Shown piece after piece: positions 24,550 through 35,274 of a stretch of 64,000 nucleotides of DNA. Made by a program: the position numbers and the translations under genes. Numbering within the stretch: position 1 is the stretch's first letter; the number at the start of each line of letters is the position of its first letter. Source of the DNA: Dudresnaya verticillata (Eukaryota); NCBI GenBank assembly GCA_977862235.1, contig OZ374560.1, forward strand, positions 2,418,001-2,482,000, given 5' to 3'. A model generated the notes under the pieces. The model searched no databases and was not told the origin of the DNA. It worked only from the letters and a program-made list of their open reading frames with translations.

Positions 24550-25613
24550 ATCGTCAACTGACGGAGGCTTGGCGAGTGTCGCTTCGATAGACTTAGCGAA
24601 GTGTCTGGCTTTGCTGTGACGCCATCGTCCGTTTTAAAACGAAAGTCTTGCTTGGCTTCCTCGTCCTGCGCTTGGTCTTCGGCGATACCCAACACATCGG
24701 CCAGACTTATGTGACTGGGGAACACTGCTGTTGGATGTGGTAACGCCATGGCAACGAACTGCCCTTTCGCGAGCGATTGCGCCCGAGGCGAGAAGTTGGC
24801 GACTAGGATGCGAAACGCCTTGAGGGGCTCCACCTGGGCAATTCCGTTCGTAACGAGCATGCCCTGCCGATCGTACATCGTTCCGAACGGCTGGATCTTG
24901 ATTACTCCGGAACGTTCCGTGGTAACAGAGACCCACTTCTGCGCCTGAGGCGGAATGATGGTACGTTCGGTTGAACGAATCTTTGGCGAAGTCCTTCCTC
25001 CGGCTTGGCCGTACTCTTGCTCCGGTGGTAACGGCGGATACGACGGCGGTCGACGGAGCGGACGTCGTGTGATCGGGACTCGGGTCCCGTCGTCCAATTC
25101 AACCTCGCGACTTCGCGGATATATCGCCTCGACAAAGCGGTCGCAAAAGTCGCAACCGAGTATGACCGGCGCAGCGAGCCGTCCGCAAACGATTAATTCC
25201 AATTTAACGACGCGCCGTCCGAGACGCACGACCAAGTCGATGGTTCCGCGTTTCTGTATTGCCTTGTTGTTGGCGTCGGAAATAACGGGCAGACTCTTGG
25301 CGACAATATGCGAACGCGCTTCTAGCGGAATCTCGTTAATACGGATGAAATTAGGGCCAGCCCCGGTGTCGAGGACAGTACGTTTACGGGCCAAGGTATT
25401 GGTGGTGGTGCCTAGATCGGCGTACACCTTGTAATTCCGCTTTGCCATTACGAACAACTGTCCTCGCCCCTTCGGGGGCTGGTACCTACGCCATGGGCGT
25501 TTCAGTGACGTCTGCGACGGTTCTATGCGCCCTTCGGCGTCTTCCTTAAGTGGCTTCGGGCCCTCCTTCCGTGTCAACACCCGAGGCGGGGGCCTCTCGT
25601 TTGGGTGTGACAC
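24540..25613 (-). CDS. pol: Gypsy-1 aspartic protease region
   Basis: VLDTGAGPNFI and ILGCDF motifs; in the -1 frame relative to gag. Confidence 0.9.
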   Translation of the reverse strand: MSHPNERPPPRVLTRKEGPKPLKEDAEGRIEPSQTSLKRPWRRYQPPKGRGQLFVMAKRNYKVYADLGTTTNTLARKRTVLDTGAGPNFIRINEIPLEARSHIVAKSLPVISDANNKAIQKRGTIDLVVRLGRRVVKLELIVCGRLAAPVILGCDFCDRFVEAIYPRSREVELDDGTRVPITRRPLRRPPSYPPLPPEQEYGQAGGRTSPKIRSTERTIIPPQAQKWVSVTTERSGVIKIQPFGTMYDRQGMLVTNGIAQVEPLKAFRILVANFSPRAQSLAKGQFVAMALPHPTAVFPSHISLADVLGIAEDQAQDEEAKQDFRFKTDDGVTAKPDTSLSLSKRHSPSLRQLTIWT

Positions 25614-25639
25614 CCCAGTGTCAGGAGTCGGTGCCCGGA

Positions 25640-27351
25640 TTAGTTTTTCGCCTCCGGCGGTGGTTGCGCTATGTAGCGGTTTAGCATCGTCGGGTGGCGT
25701 TCGGCTGCACGCGGCGCAAGTCCCGCCCCTGGCGATGATGAACGCGCGGCGCGACGGGCTGCTTCCTTCGTGGCTTGTTCCTTACAACGGTGGTACGCAT
25801 CAGCGGGTACTCCGTTCCTTTCAACCTCCATCAGGCCCTCGTAGTTGGCGACGACCTTCATGAAGTCACTCATTCGCAAGAAGCACTCCGGCGCGATGTG
25901 ACCGCGTGCATAGCACTGATGGCAAATAATTTGTCGCCGTACGTCTTGACGAGGGGGCCCTCGGTCCTGCCATCCGGGTCTTGCACGATGAACATGCGGG
26001 GCATATTCTGAATATGGTACGCGCGGCGCGGGTACATTCGAGCGCCCAAAGGCGAGAGCGGGATCCATTTCTTCTTCGTCTTCGACGTAACTGTCTGTCG
26101 GTAATGCTGACGTTGGTATCGAGAGCTGCTCGTCGGCTAGATACAAGTCGCCATCGGCGTGTGTTCTGACGTCATCGTTGCGGTGGCTAACGTCTCGGAA
26201 TTTGACGGATGACTCCGCCAGCATGGCGCGTGCCGCCGGCTTTGGACTCTTCGTCGGTTGACGGTTGACTGCGACGGCGGGTCGTGCTTTGCGGGCGAGT
26301 TGTGTCGGCACCAGTATATCCTGGCGACCCGCAGTCTGTCCGGCCCTGCCGTGTCGCGCGCGATGCGCGTCGCCCTCGTCCTGTGCGAAGTGCACCAATC
26401 GTTCGAACGATAACTCCGCCCTTGGCGTCTCTTCGCGGAAGCGGGTAACCAGCGATCGTATCGATGGATCAAGTCCGTCGATGAATAGGGTCATCTTCTC
26501 CCAGTCAGGGTACACGTTGCCGCAACGGATGCACGCTCCAGCGAGCCGCATGCCATAGGCAGTTTCATCTTCAGACCGCTTCTGTGCTGTTGAGCGTAAC
26601 GCCAGTACGGCGGATCGAATCGCCGAAGGCGTCGCATACGTACGGAGGAGGTACTGTACCGCCTCCGGGTATGAAGAGACCCCGCCTTGATGGCGTGTTG
26701 ACGTCGACTTGACGGACCGGAACTGCGTCAACGTCGTACCCCGTAGGAAGTATGGCAGCGCTATGAACGCTTGAGCTTCGCTCATTTCTAGCGTATCGGC
26801 CTCATCCGCGAAACGCGTAAGGAACTCAAGGGTCAGGACCGGGTCGTCGCCCGTGAAGGCGGCGTCCTTCATCGTCAACTCTAGATGTTTGATGTGGTCT
26901 TTGACCTTCCCGGTTTCACGTCCGGAACGCTTTTGCCCGACGTTCGTCAGACGGTAAGTACGATACGACAAGAGTCGATCGAATAAGGGGTTGGTTGTTG
27001 TTGTTCCTCGGCAAGGCCGGCTTGTGTTCCGTCTACGACGCCTTGTTGCTCCGCCTGGACGGTGTCGGCGGAGTCAACGTAAGTGTGGTAGGTACGGAGG
27101 GCGGAGCCTTCCGGGACTGAAGTACGAACGACGATCGGATTCGGCGGGGGAGCAGGTTGTCCCCTGTTCAGCGAAGCGTGTGACACGTCATGGTCCGGCG
27201 GTGCCGTAAAGGCTGAGGCAATCTCCGGACTGACGTGACGACCAGATCGTGTCGTCATGGGTTGGGCCGGTCCCGACGGCGGCATAGTGCCGGGCGTCGA
27301 AGACGGGCGCCGGGAGGATCCACGCGATAGCGGTGGTCGCGGTGGACCCAT
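25640..27351 (-). CDS. gag: Gypsy-1 gag (frameshift near 26960)
   Basis: CHQCYARGHIAPEC knuckle and a capsid-like region similar to Gypsy-2 gag (YRTYRL / YRTHRL). Confidence 0.85.
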
Positions 27352-27456
27352 GATTGTTTCAAAGAGGTAGGCGAACGTCGTGAACGATGGGCAGAACGTC
27401 AGGGTGACGGTTAAGCGATCGTCTCACAGACGTTAAAGTTCGTAGATACGTAGCAG

Positions 27457-27475
27457 CTTCTAGGTCGGGAGACCA
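27457..27475 (-). promoter_or_regulatory. Gypsy-1 primer-binding site
   Basis: TGGTCTCCCGACCTAGAAG, 2 nt downstream of the 5' LTR. Confidence 0.85.
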
Positions 27476-27477
27476 GT

Positions 27478-28312
27478 TGTCGTGCAAACGTCGTATCCAA
27501 GACGAAGAACGCCTCCGGGCCGTTCGGGAGCCCGGTGGGTAGCCGCTAGTAGCGAACGGGGTAGAGCGGGTAGAACACGCCTAGGGCGGACTGTAAACAC
27601 CCAGGGCGAGCGGACGAAGGGGCAAAGAAACCCAAAAGGAAACACGTTAACAACGAGTTGAAACGTGGAAACACGGATGGGTAGACGCTTATGCCTTCGA
27701 GCAGCGGTAGGGTGCGCGCTGACGCGAAGGGGAAGTCCAGACTCAAACCGGCTTGCCGGGGCTTTACTGTTACGTCCTGGACGAGGTACTAAGTAGTACT
27801 ATAGCGCCGCAGTACGGCGGCTGCATGACGTAGTGCGCGGGGTCTCGGGACGCGTGTCGCGTGGAGGTGCGTCTGACACGTCCCGGGATCATGCAGCCGC
27901 TGTGCGCGGGCGCGTATGTCTCACGGAGGCGTACCCGCACTCTGCTGTAAGCGATCCGGATTCGGATCGTGATTGACACGTATTACAGGCGCCTTCCCTT
28001 ACAGAGGATCCCGATGTCGGATCCGGATGTCGGATCCGGATTCGATCGGGATCCGGGCCAATCTGACAGTCGACTCCCTTACACCTCGTTGATCCCGATG
28101 CATCATCCGGATCCGCTCTGCAGCGTTGCGCCGTACAGTGCGTCGGGCGTGCGCTGCGCTGGGTGGCGGTGCCCGCGCGTCCGTGGGCCAATCGTCGATG
28201 ACGTGTTCGCGCCAACGGCGAATGAGCCGTTTCAGAGGCGACCGTCCGTCGGTCGACGAGGTTATCAGCGCCCGTGGCGAGGAAATAAAAGCCCGGTCCC
28301 CCGTGCGCCACA
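27478..28312 (-). repeat. Gypsy-1 5' LTR
   Basis: TG...CA, followed by the PBS on the minus strand. Confidence 0.97.
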
Positions 28313-28317
28313 AACTA

Positions 28318-29600
28318 TCGCATCGCGCACTGCTCTCAGCCCTTCTATCATTGAGCCCTTATCTTTTGCCAAATCGTACATAGAGAGGGACTCTAGGTAT
28401 TCCAACGTGGCCTCTTGGACTTCCTGGCCATGATAAGTCCTCATAATGAATTGGTTCACTTCTTCACACGACTTGAAGTAATGTGGGTCTGACTGTACCT
28501 TTCTCTTGTAATCTGTCCTGGCCTGACCGGCTAGGATGTTCTCGATGTTGGTGAATGCGGCACGTTCAGGTACTCCCCATTGAAATACGTTCATGTAAGT
28601 ACAGTACGTGTCCTCCCAGTTCTCTCCGTCGTCGCCGCCAAACTTGTCTGATCTGTCGTTAAACCTTGTTGCTAGCTTGCTAAGAATTGCAACTGCATGC
28701 GTTGAAATACCTCTTTGGCCACCTTGTCCACCTTGGTGAGTGAGTGCCGGTTGGTTGTTTTTGTTATTCGTTCTGGGAAAAGCGTGATGCGACGCTTCGT
28801 TACGGTTACCATAGAGAGCCTGATTGTTACAACTATGCAGAGGAACGAATGGATCAGTAGTGGGGACGTGGCCCACTGGTCCAGTTTGTCCTTGGCGATA
28901 CGGTGAAAACCTGGAAGAAGCCGGTACAAACCTAGAAGTTGCAGTTGGATTACAATATTCCTCCTCTGGGCGATCAAGTGCACGCCTAGAGGCAGGTTTG
29001 CTGACTTGAGGTTGGCTAGTTAGCGTGGGAGAGTCATCCAAATTTCCTACTTCTAGTCCGTTAAGACTGCGTTCGCTACCGCGAATACTGCCCTGCGATG
29101 AACCCAACCTCCTCGATAACAATACTTTTTTTCCTTGTTCGATGACCTCGCGCGCGAGGTCTGTGGTATCTTGTTGAGACTGGGTGTCCGAGTAGAACGC
29201 AGCAAGGTCATGCTTGATTTGTAGGCCCCGGTGTTTTTCTATTCCACCTCCAAGTTCATGAATGAAGTCTCTTATAGATTTTTACATGACTGGCTCTGAA
29301 TACCCGTTCAATGCTTCGGTCGAGAAAAGCGTCTCTGGCGGCATCAGTTCCGAAAAATAGTCTCGAAGATTCTGTCCCCTTAGACGTTTTTCTAAGACCT
29401 CTCTCATCCAGTTTGCGATATACTTTTGCTTCTCACAGTTTTCATCCGGCTCCCAGCTGACTATTGCATCTTGTCCTGGCCTATTTACGCTTTGCGGTCC
29501 AGGGACCGATAAAGAATCTCTATCAGAACTACCATCATCCATCGGAGCGGGGCTTTGATCGTGTGACAACAAACCGTCCGCATGGTCAGCCATACCAGAC
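28318..29600 (-). pseudogene. gag: Copia gag N-terminal region
   Basis: ORFs 29282-29677 and 28265-29122 lie between the 5' LTR and the Gypsy-1 insertion. KFGGDDGENWE capsid-like motif. Confidence 0.6.
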
Positions 29601-29647
29601 ATCTGTTCTGTCAACAGTCCATTAACATCAGCTGACGTATTCCGGAA

Positions 29648-30151
29648 TGTAGTCGGACTGAAACTGAACGGTAACAAAACCCAGGTGTCTTGATACAGTA
29701 ACTGAGATGGTGTTTAGCAAAGTAGAGAGAGTTAGAGAATTGAGATAGTTTTATTTGATTACCACGCGCTCAACCTCTTTGCCCTTTACCGTCTTCGTCT
29801 CTTGCGAAGAAGTACAGGAAGTATGTGAGGTAAAAACTAAATCGCGTGCCTCTGTGCGTCCGAAGATACTCGCAGTACCATCGTGCTTTAAGGTCTGCTA
29901 AGTCGCACTCTCCTCACTCCAACCATCCCGCTCTCGCTCCCTCACGAGAGCGTTATTGTTTTTTGTAAGAGACTGAGTGCCATGCATGACTTGTATCGCT
30001 GCACTTTGAATATTTTGTATCCAGCAGATACAAATCCCCTCCTCCCAGAAATGCCGACCCTTCAGAAAGTCCGCTCTTGAACTGCACTTTATCAAGTGCA
30101 TTTGTTTTTCAGCTTTTTCATATTAGAGAGACTTGTCTACGTTCGGCCACA
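29648..30151 (-). repeat. Copia 5' LTR (504 bp)
   Basis: TGTAGTCGGAC...TTCGGCCACA; matches the split LTR at 10083-12102. Confidence 0.92.
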
Positions 30152-30895
30152 GTATGTACCCATAGCTAGCACCTGAAACAATAATAAACAATTTAATAAA
30201 TGGAGGGAACACGCAGGTGTAGTTGGCTGGTAGAAAGTGAATATAGGTAGAAAGAGTTGCTGGATGTAGGAGTTGGTAAATGGTGTTGTGTGTGTGTTCA
30301 TGTGTGTGAGCATGTGTGTCGATGGCTGGGTCTAGGAATGTACTACAATTGCCCAACATAAATAGACCAAAGTACGCAGAACAACTAGCCAAATGAACAG
30401 GACTACTGTAGAGTAACAGCTTGCACTAAACAGCTAGATACTTCAACCGCTAGAGAAGATATTGCGGACGTTGCGGGGTCACAAACAGCTCAACAGCTTG
30501 AACTACGTACATAACAAGCACTACAGTAATTACATCTTGAACAGTACAATGATAAAACAGAACAGCTCTGCCAAAGACTTTGAACAGATCTGCAAGCCAA
30601 GTTATTCAACAATAGACATCAACAGTGTTGCTCATGTAGCTCATCTGTTTCCATATTTGTGAAGACCCTCTACGACATAAGATTTGGTTTGCTCTTTGCG
30701 ATTGGTTTATCTCAGACAAAGAAGCACGCTTGGAAAAAAGGACTGCACTACTAACAGATAAGGGGAGCCTTTTCCAACATGTATAAGCTGCTGGCATGGC
30801 ATCCCTACCATGAGAATTAGCATACGAGGATGGACCTTCTGAAAACCGTAGCTGCGTGTCATGCTAGTCCAACCATGCGGATTCTCCCACTCCTC

Positions 30896-31126
30896 TTAAT
30901 ACAGGGGGATGCAGAAGACATGATCACGGTCACAGAACGCATATCCGGACATCTGCTTGTTGCAAAAGTCGCTATCCATCTGACACGGGAACAGCTCCTT
31001 CATGAACTTGATCATGGTTTGCAGGTTGACCTCCGGGCGCTTCGCTTCCTTCACTGCGGCACCATTAACAGCGCCTGAGACGAGGAGAACCACGAACAGT
31101 ATAGCGAACATCTTGAAAAGAGCCAT
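30896..31126 (-). CDS. Small secreted cysteine-rich peptide, 76 aa
   Basis: AAAAATGG start context and signal peptide MALFKMFAILFVVLLVSGAVNG. C-terminal C-x6-C-x9-C-x6-C. TATAAAA on the minus strand at 31239-31245. Confidence 0.7.
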   Translation of the reverse strand: MALFKMFAILFVVLLVSGAVNGAAVKEAKRPEVNLQTMIKFMKELFPCQMDSDFCNKQMSGYAFCDRDHVFCIPLY

Positions 31127-32964
31127 TTTTGTGGGAGCGGGATAGGAGCGTAAAGAAAACTGGTGAAGCGATTTGTTGAAGAGGGTATGTTGTTCCTTGG
31201 AGTAAGAAAGATCAGCCCAGGGCTGGGCGCAGACTGGGTTTTATAGTCACAACTTTGCGGGCATTGCCATTGACCCTCTCGTCGATCACGGTCAAACTCA
31301 TTGAGTGCTGTCAATCTTCTTGATTCTAAAGCCCTATTATCCTATTGAGTGTATGGACCTCGGAATATCTCAGAACCTGTGTACTGATTCGTCGGAAAAC
31401 AAGGTTCCATTGCATTGAAACAATAGATATAATCTTGTGGAGTGGAAGCAACCACAGGCGTAGACAAAACATGTATATTGTTGCCCTGAGAGAAAACTAG
31501 CAATCGTTCTAATATTCGGAGCCTAACTTGACTATTCTGCTTCATGAAGCTGTCATCCTTTCCTACTAATATTTATTTCTCGTAAACGCAGACGAATGCA
31601 TATACTGTGGATGCGGTTTCTGGCCCCTCGGGCAACAAAGTCCTGCAGCTAGCTGGCAGTAAACGTACATCCCATTCCATCTTTTCGGAAAATGCGTTCT
31701 TCGCAAGCTCGAGAAGCCAATGCTTCATCGCATCTAAAATGGGCGAATACGGTCAGTGACCAGGGCTGGGAAGGGAATGGCCTGTTTGCTTCTGGATGTA
31801 GCTGGGGTTAAACACGGGCATATCGTCGAACGCGAGGGCTCTCGTGAATGAAACTTAAGGCAACGGCTACCTGGCTTAGGTCGTATCGGTTGAGATCCTT
31901 CGGGACACAGTATTGAGCTTTGAAAGCGTAAGCTGGGCCCTATGGTGCGGTGCTACAGAACACATCTGCGCCTACAATGAATGAAGTGAATAATAACATA
32001 AAACACCGCTCTCTGCAAACATTGTAAGGACCCAATCGAATAACCAGCAGAATAAAGCGTCTTTTGCGTGAGCAGTAGTACCCTTTCAGTTTTGATGGCG
32101 CGAATAGGGCAAGTTGGAAGAACTGTACGGGTCTGTCAACAGTAGGCACCGTGTTGTATTGTATTATTTGTATGCACAACTCCTTCTTGACTGAAAGTGG
32201 TAAAGCGACCCAGCTATGAGGGATCTGCATGGGTTCTTGTACCGGCCATGGAGCCTGGATACGCTCGTTCTGAGGCAGCTGCGCCAAAAGATGTACGGGT
32301 TCGCTGGGCGGCGGGCAGCGTCACGCGTTACGAGAGCCCTCAATACGTGTACACCACGTGTACTGTAATGCTTTGGCGGCCCTTGGGTGGTCCTGTCGGA
32401 GATGCCCCCGGCCCTTCCCGGGCGGGCCCGCCCGAATGCCCCCGGCCCTGCTCCTGTCGGACCGCTCCGCACGGTGGCCCTGCCCACGCGGCAGCCCGCA
32501 TTGGTGCCAGCTTCCGCGGCGAGGCACCTCATACGCAGATACTCTCCTCTCGATGGCTGGCCACAGCCATCTCGCCCACACGCCCCACGCGACCGGTGCC
32601 CTTCGTCGCGGATACCCCTCCTCTCCGCCTTCCGCATACATCGTCCCCTGCTTGCCGGCCCGCCCGGCTGGCTCACCACACTATGGCCGTGGCATTCAGC
32701 CTCCCGGTTTCCATCCCCTGTGTCCCCTCCCTCCGCTCGGCTGTCATGAACGTCATGCGCTGATTGCAAGGACCTCGACAAGCGGCTGTATATTGTGTTC
32801 CTGAAACAGCTTTACGAGCGTGTACACGTGCGCGTACACGCGATGCGTCGCATCTGACATTATAATGTTCACCATATCCGTCCATACCGACTAACCCTGT
32901 ATGCTCTGTTGCTAATCACTTTGTTTTCAGAAACATGGTTTACTTTTGTATCAGAAACGCATTC

Positions 32965-34029
32965 TAATTTCTCGTCAACATCTGTGCAGGTGCAGAATCT
33001 ACAGCATCCTCTTCGTCGCCTTCACCGCTATCACTTGGTGTTGCTTAATCTTCATTAACATCTATTTCTTCAGCCGAAGTTTGAAACTCACATGCAAGAC
33101 AGCTACAAGTGATATTGGTTAAGCTGCGCAGCAAGCTTCCGAGATCTTTGTTTCCTGTTTCTTCCTTATCATATACGTCCCTATATTTCGTGGCTACATT
33201 CAGTAGTGCGAACCTTGCGCTCATGAACGGGACGAGGTTCCAACCTTGTAAGTATCTCGAGAAATATGTCGTCTTCTTGATGCGGTTGTTAAACGACTCA
33301 GCTGCACTAGAACGATGCCCATAGAGGTCTTTTTACATATCCGCATTGAATGCGCTACAGTAAGTGTGTGACTTGTAATGAAATCTATTAACTACAATCT
33401 GCGACAGGTGCAGAAGCCATGGTGTACGCAACAATGTCGAAGTCGAAAGATTACAACCGTTGTCGTAATAGATAACTCTCGGCGGTATTCGGAAGTGTGT
33501 TAGCATAGTTGACAACGCCATAGCGGTTGACTCAACCTTTGTCATCACAATGTACCCAATTATCTTGGGACGGTCGCACACACACATTACTACAAGGAGA
33601 CCCGGCGAATGGTATTCGCTTCTCATGTACTCTTTTCGACAGTGCTGCTTCTCCAGAGTGTCGAAAAGGATGCCAGGTCGAAACGATGCCCGTCCTGGGA
33701 AACAGATCCCAGTATCTCGGCTATTGTTCCGTGTGTTTGAAATCTCATGAGGTAGTACTCTGTCGCAGCTCATCGCATAAGCTTTGCTTTCAGCAGAGCA
33801 TGTCCTTGTGAGATCCCGAAAGAACTTGGAAACTTTTTTGATTTGCTGAAACACAACGTCACCAATAGCGGACGCGAGATATCTCTTCTGTACGCTATGG
33901 TGATCAGTCAACAGAAACCATTCAGTGCAGAAGCGATATAAGATAGGATTCACTCCTTGAACTGCAGCAGCCTTATCCCGAACCGTCACCAGGCAATTGC
34001 AGCTGCCATCACCGTCACAATCTTTTATG
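32965..34029 (-). pseudogene. KDZ (Kyakuja-Dileera-Zisupton/HMGXB3-like) transposase, C-terminal catalytic part
   Basis: C.K....HSPGL...CVC..IIGY..M...ES, IYYDNGC, VVNRFHYKSH..C, then past a premature TAA at 33333 SSAAESFNNRI...ALLN. Confidence 0.8.
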
Positions 34030-34034
34030 GCTAC

Positions 34035-34797
34035 TGTGGTGCAACGGCAAGGGGGCCACCGAAAGGAAGCAACTCGACGGGCCAACTGTACGATCGGCCC
34101 AACCAAACGAAGACACTTGGCCAATGAAGTCGTGCCGTCGGGGCGCGAACGGCGGTGAGCGCGCGGAAGTATGAAACGTGGCCACCGACTGTACACGTGG
34201 CTCACACGTGGCCACCTACGACACCGAAGCGCACCACGTGGCCTGCTGTACACGCATGATCTGATTTTGCGACCAGACACAAATCGAAATTGGATTTGGC
34301 CGCACAGTGAATCAAAGGGAAGACAGTGGAAAAATCAAGGGAAAATCTAACTCGCATGGCCAACCACTAACGCACAAGTACTTGGTTTAGTCTCGCAAGG
34401 GCCTTACATTGGCCCGAAGCCGGAACGCAAGTAGATATTATGGCCGACCGGAGTAACCTCGGCCACTAACTGTAGAATAGCTCTAGATTAGCTCAGATGG
34501 CCGATTTTGGGCCTATTTAGCTGGCCACACACTACGGCTAAGCCGAAAAAGGTATGAAGCCGTCCCGCCAGAGGTTGGGAGTAAAGTTAGCAACTGAACC
34601 CCCGACTGGGCCATTTTACGTCCTCATCACGGATACTGGCCACGACTTCGTCTGCGCGCTCCCTCTCTACCACGCTTGCTACCGGCGCGCAGGTCCGTTC
34701 TACGTTCGGCCAGTTTCTACGAAATCCGACAGGTCTTTGTGGTCTTCTTGGGGTCTCGTTTGGCTTCCGTACGCGGCGGTGCTCTAGAGATACTACA
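34035..34797 (+). repeat. Gypsy-2 5' LTR
   Basis: TG...CA; matches 46479-47241. Confidence 0.96.
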
Positions 34798-34798
34798 C

Positions 34799-34817
34799 TG
34801 GTCTCCCGACCTAGAAG
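34799..34817 (+). promoter_or_regulatory. Gypsy-2 primer-binding site
   Basis: TGGTCTCCCGACCTAGAAG, identical to the Gypsy-1 PBS. Confidence 0.85.
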
Positions 34818-35274
34818 ATCAGTTGTGATTTCGGCCGTATTTCTCCGTTAGAAGACTCGAGTAGCTGGCCGTAGTCGACGACGGCCAGTGTCTTCCTCGC
34901 TACTGTGGTGGCCAAACCCCGCAAGTTGCAGATTGCGGGTTAGTAACTACCTGGTTCCGCAATTTGATTGTCAGTCTACTTCAACCCATTTCAGTGGCCA
35001 CAGTCTAGGTCACAGGCCAGATACCCGTCGCTTGGTTCGTTCCCAGGTTGGCCACTTTGCACACTCGCTGGTTCGTTCCCAGCACAGGGAGCTTTGCACA
35101 CGGCAGTGTCCGGCCCTTGGTATAGGGACTATTAGCTCGGAATCGTCCGTTCCCACCCCTGTGTTTTGCACACGACAGTGTGGTTCCCAGGAAGGCCACT
35201 TTGCACACGTCGGCCACGGGGTGGCCACAAATCGCTAGAAGTATCTGGCCAATCAGTCTCCGACGTACTTCGTC

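Larger units (their letters stand above)
16306..28312 (-). mobile_element. Ty3/gypsy chromovirus 'Gypsy-1', full length, young
   Basis: 835-bp LTRs at 16306-17140 and 27478-28312 with about three differences found by eye. TSD AACTA (16301-16305, 28313-28317), PBS, PPT at 17141-17153, and gag-PR-RT-RH-IN-chromodomain. Confidence 0.97.
10083..30151 (-). mobile_element. Ty1/copia LTR retrotransposon (GalEa-like), decayed, with nested insertions
   Basis: Paired TG...CA LTRs (10083-12102 interrupted; 29648-30151) and 5-bp TSD GTATG (10078-10082, 30152-30156). Domain order gag-PR-IN-RT-RH. Integrase GERYHDPLRR motif. Confidence 0.93.

Noticed and set aside
30283..30318. (TG)n-like tract
   Set aside because: Ordinary degenerate microsatellite.
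32164..32804. Several overlapping 100-200-aa ORFs
   Set aside because: Arg/Pro/Gly-rich products in many frames, typical of GC-rich non-coding DNA.
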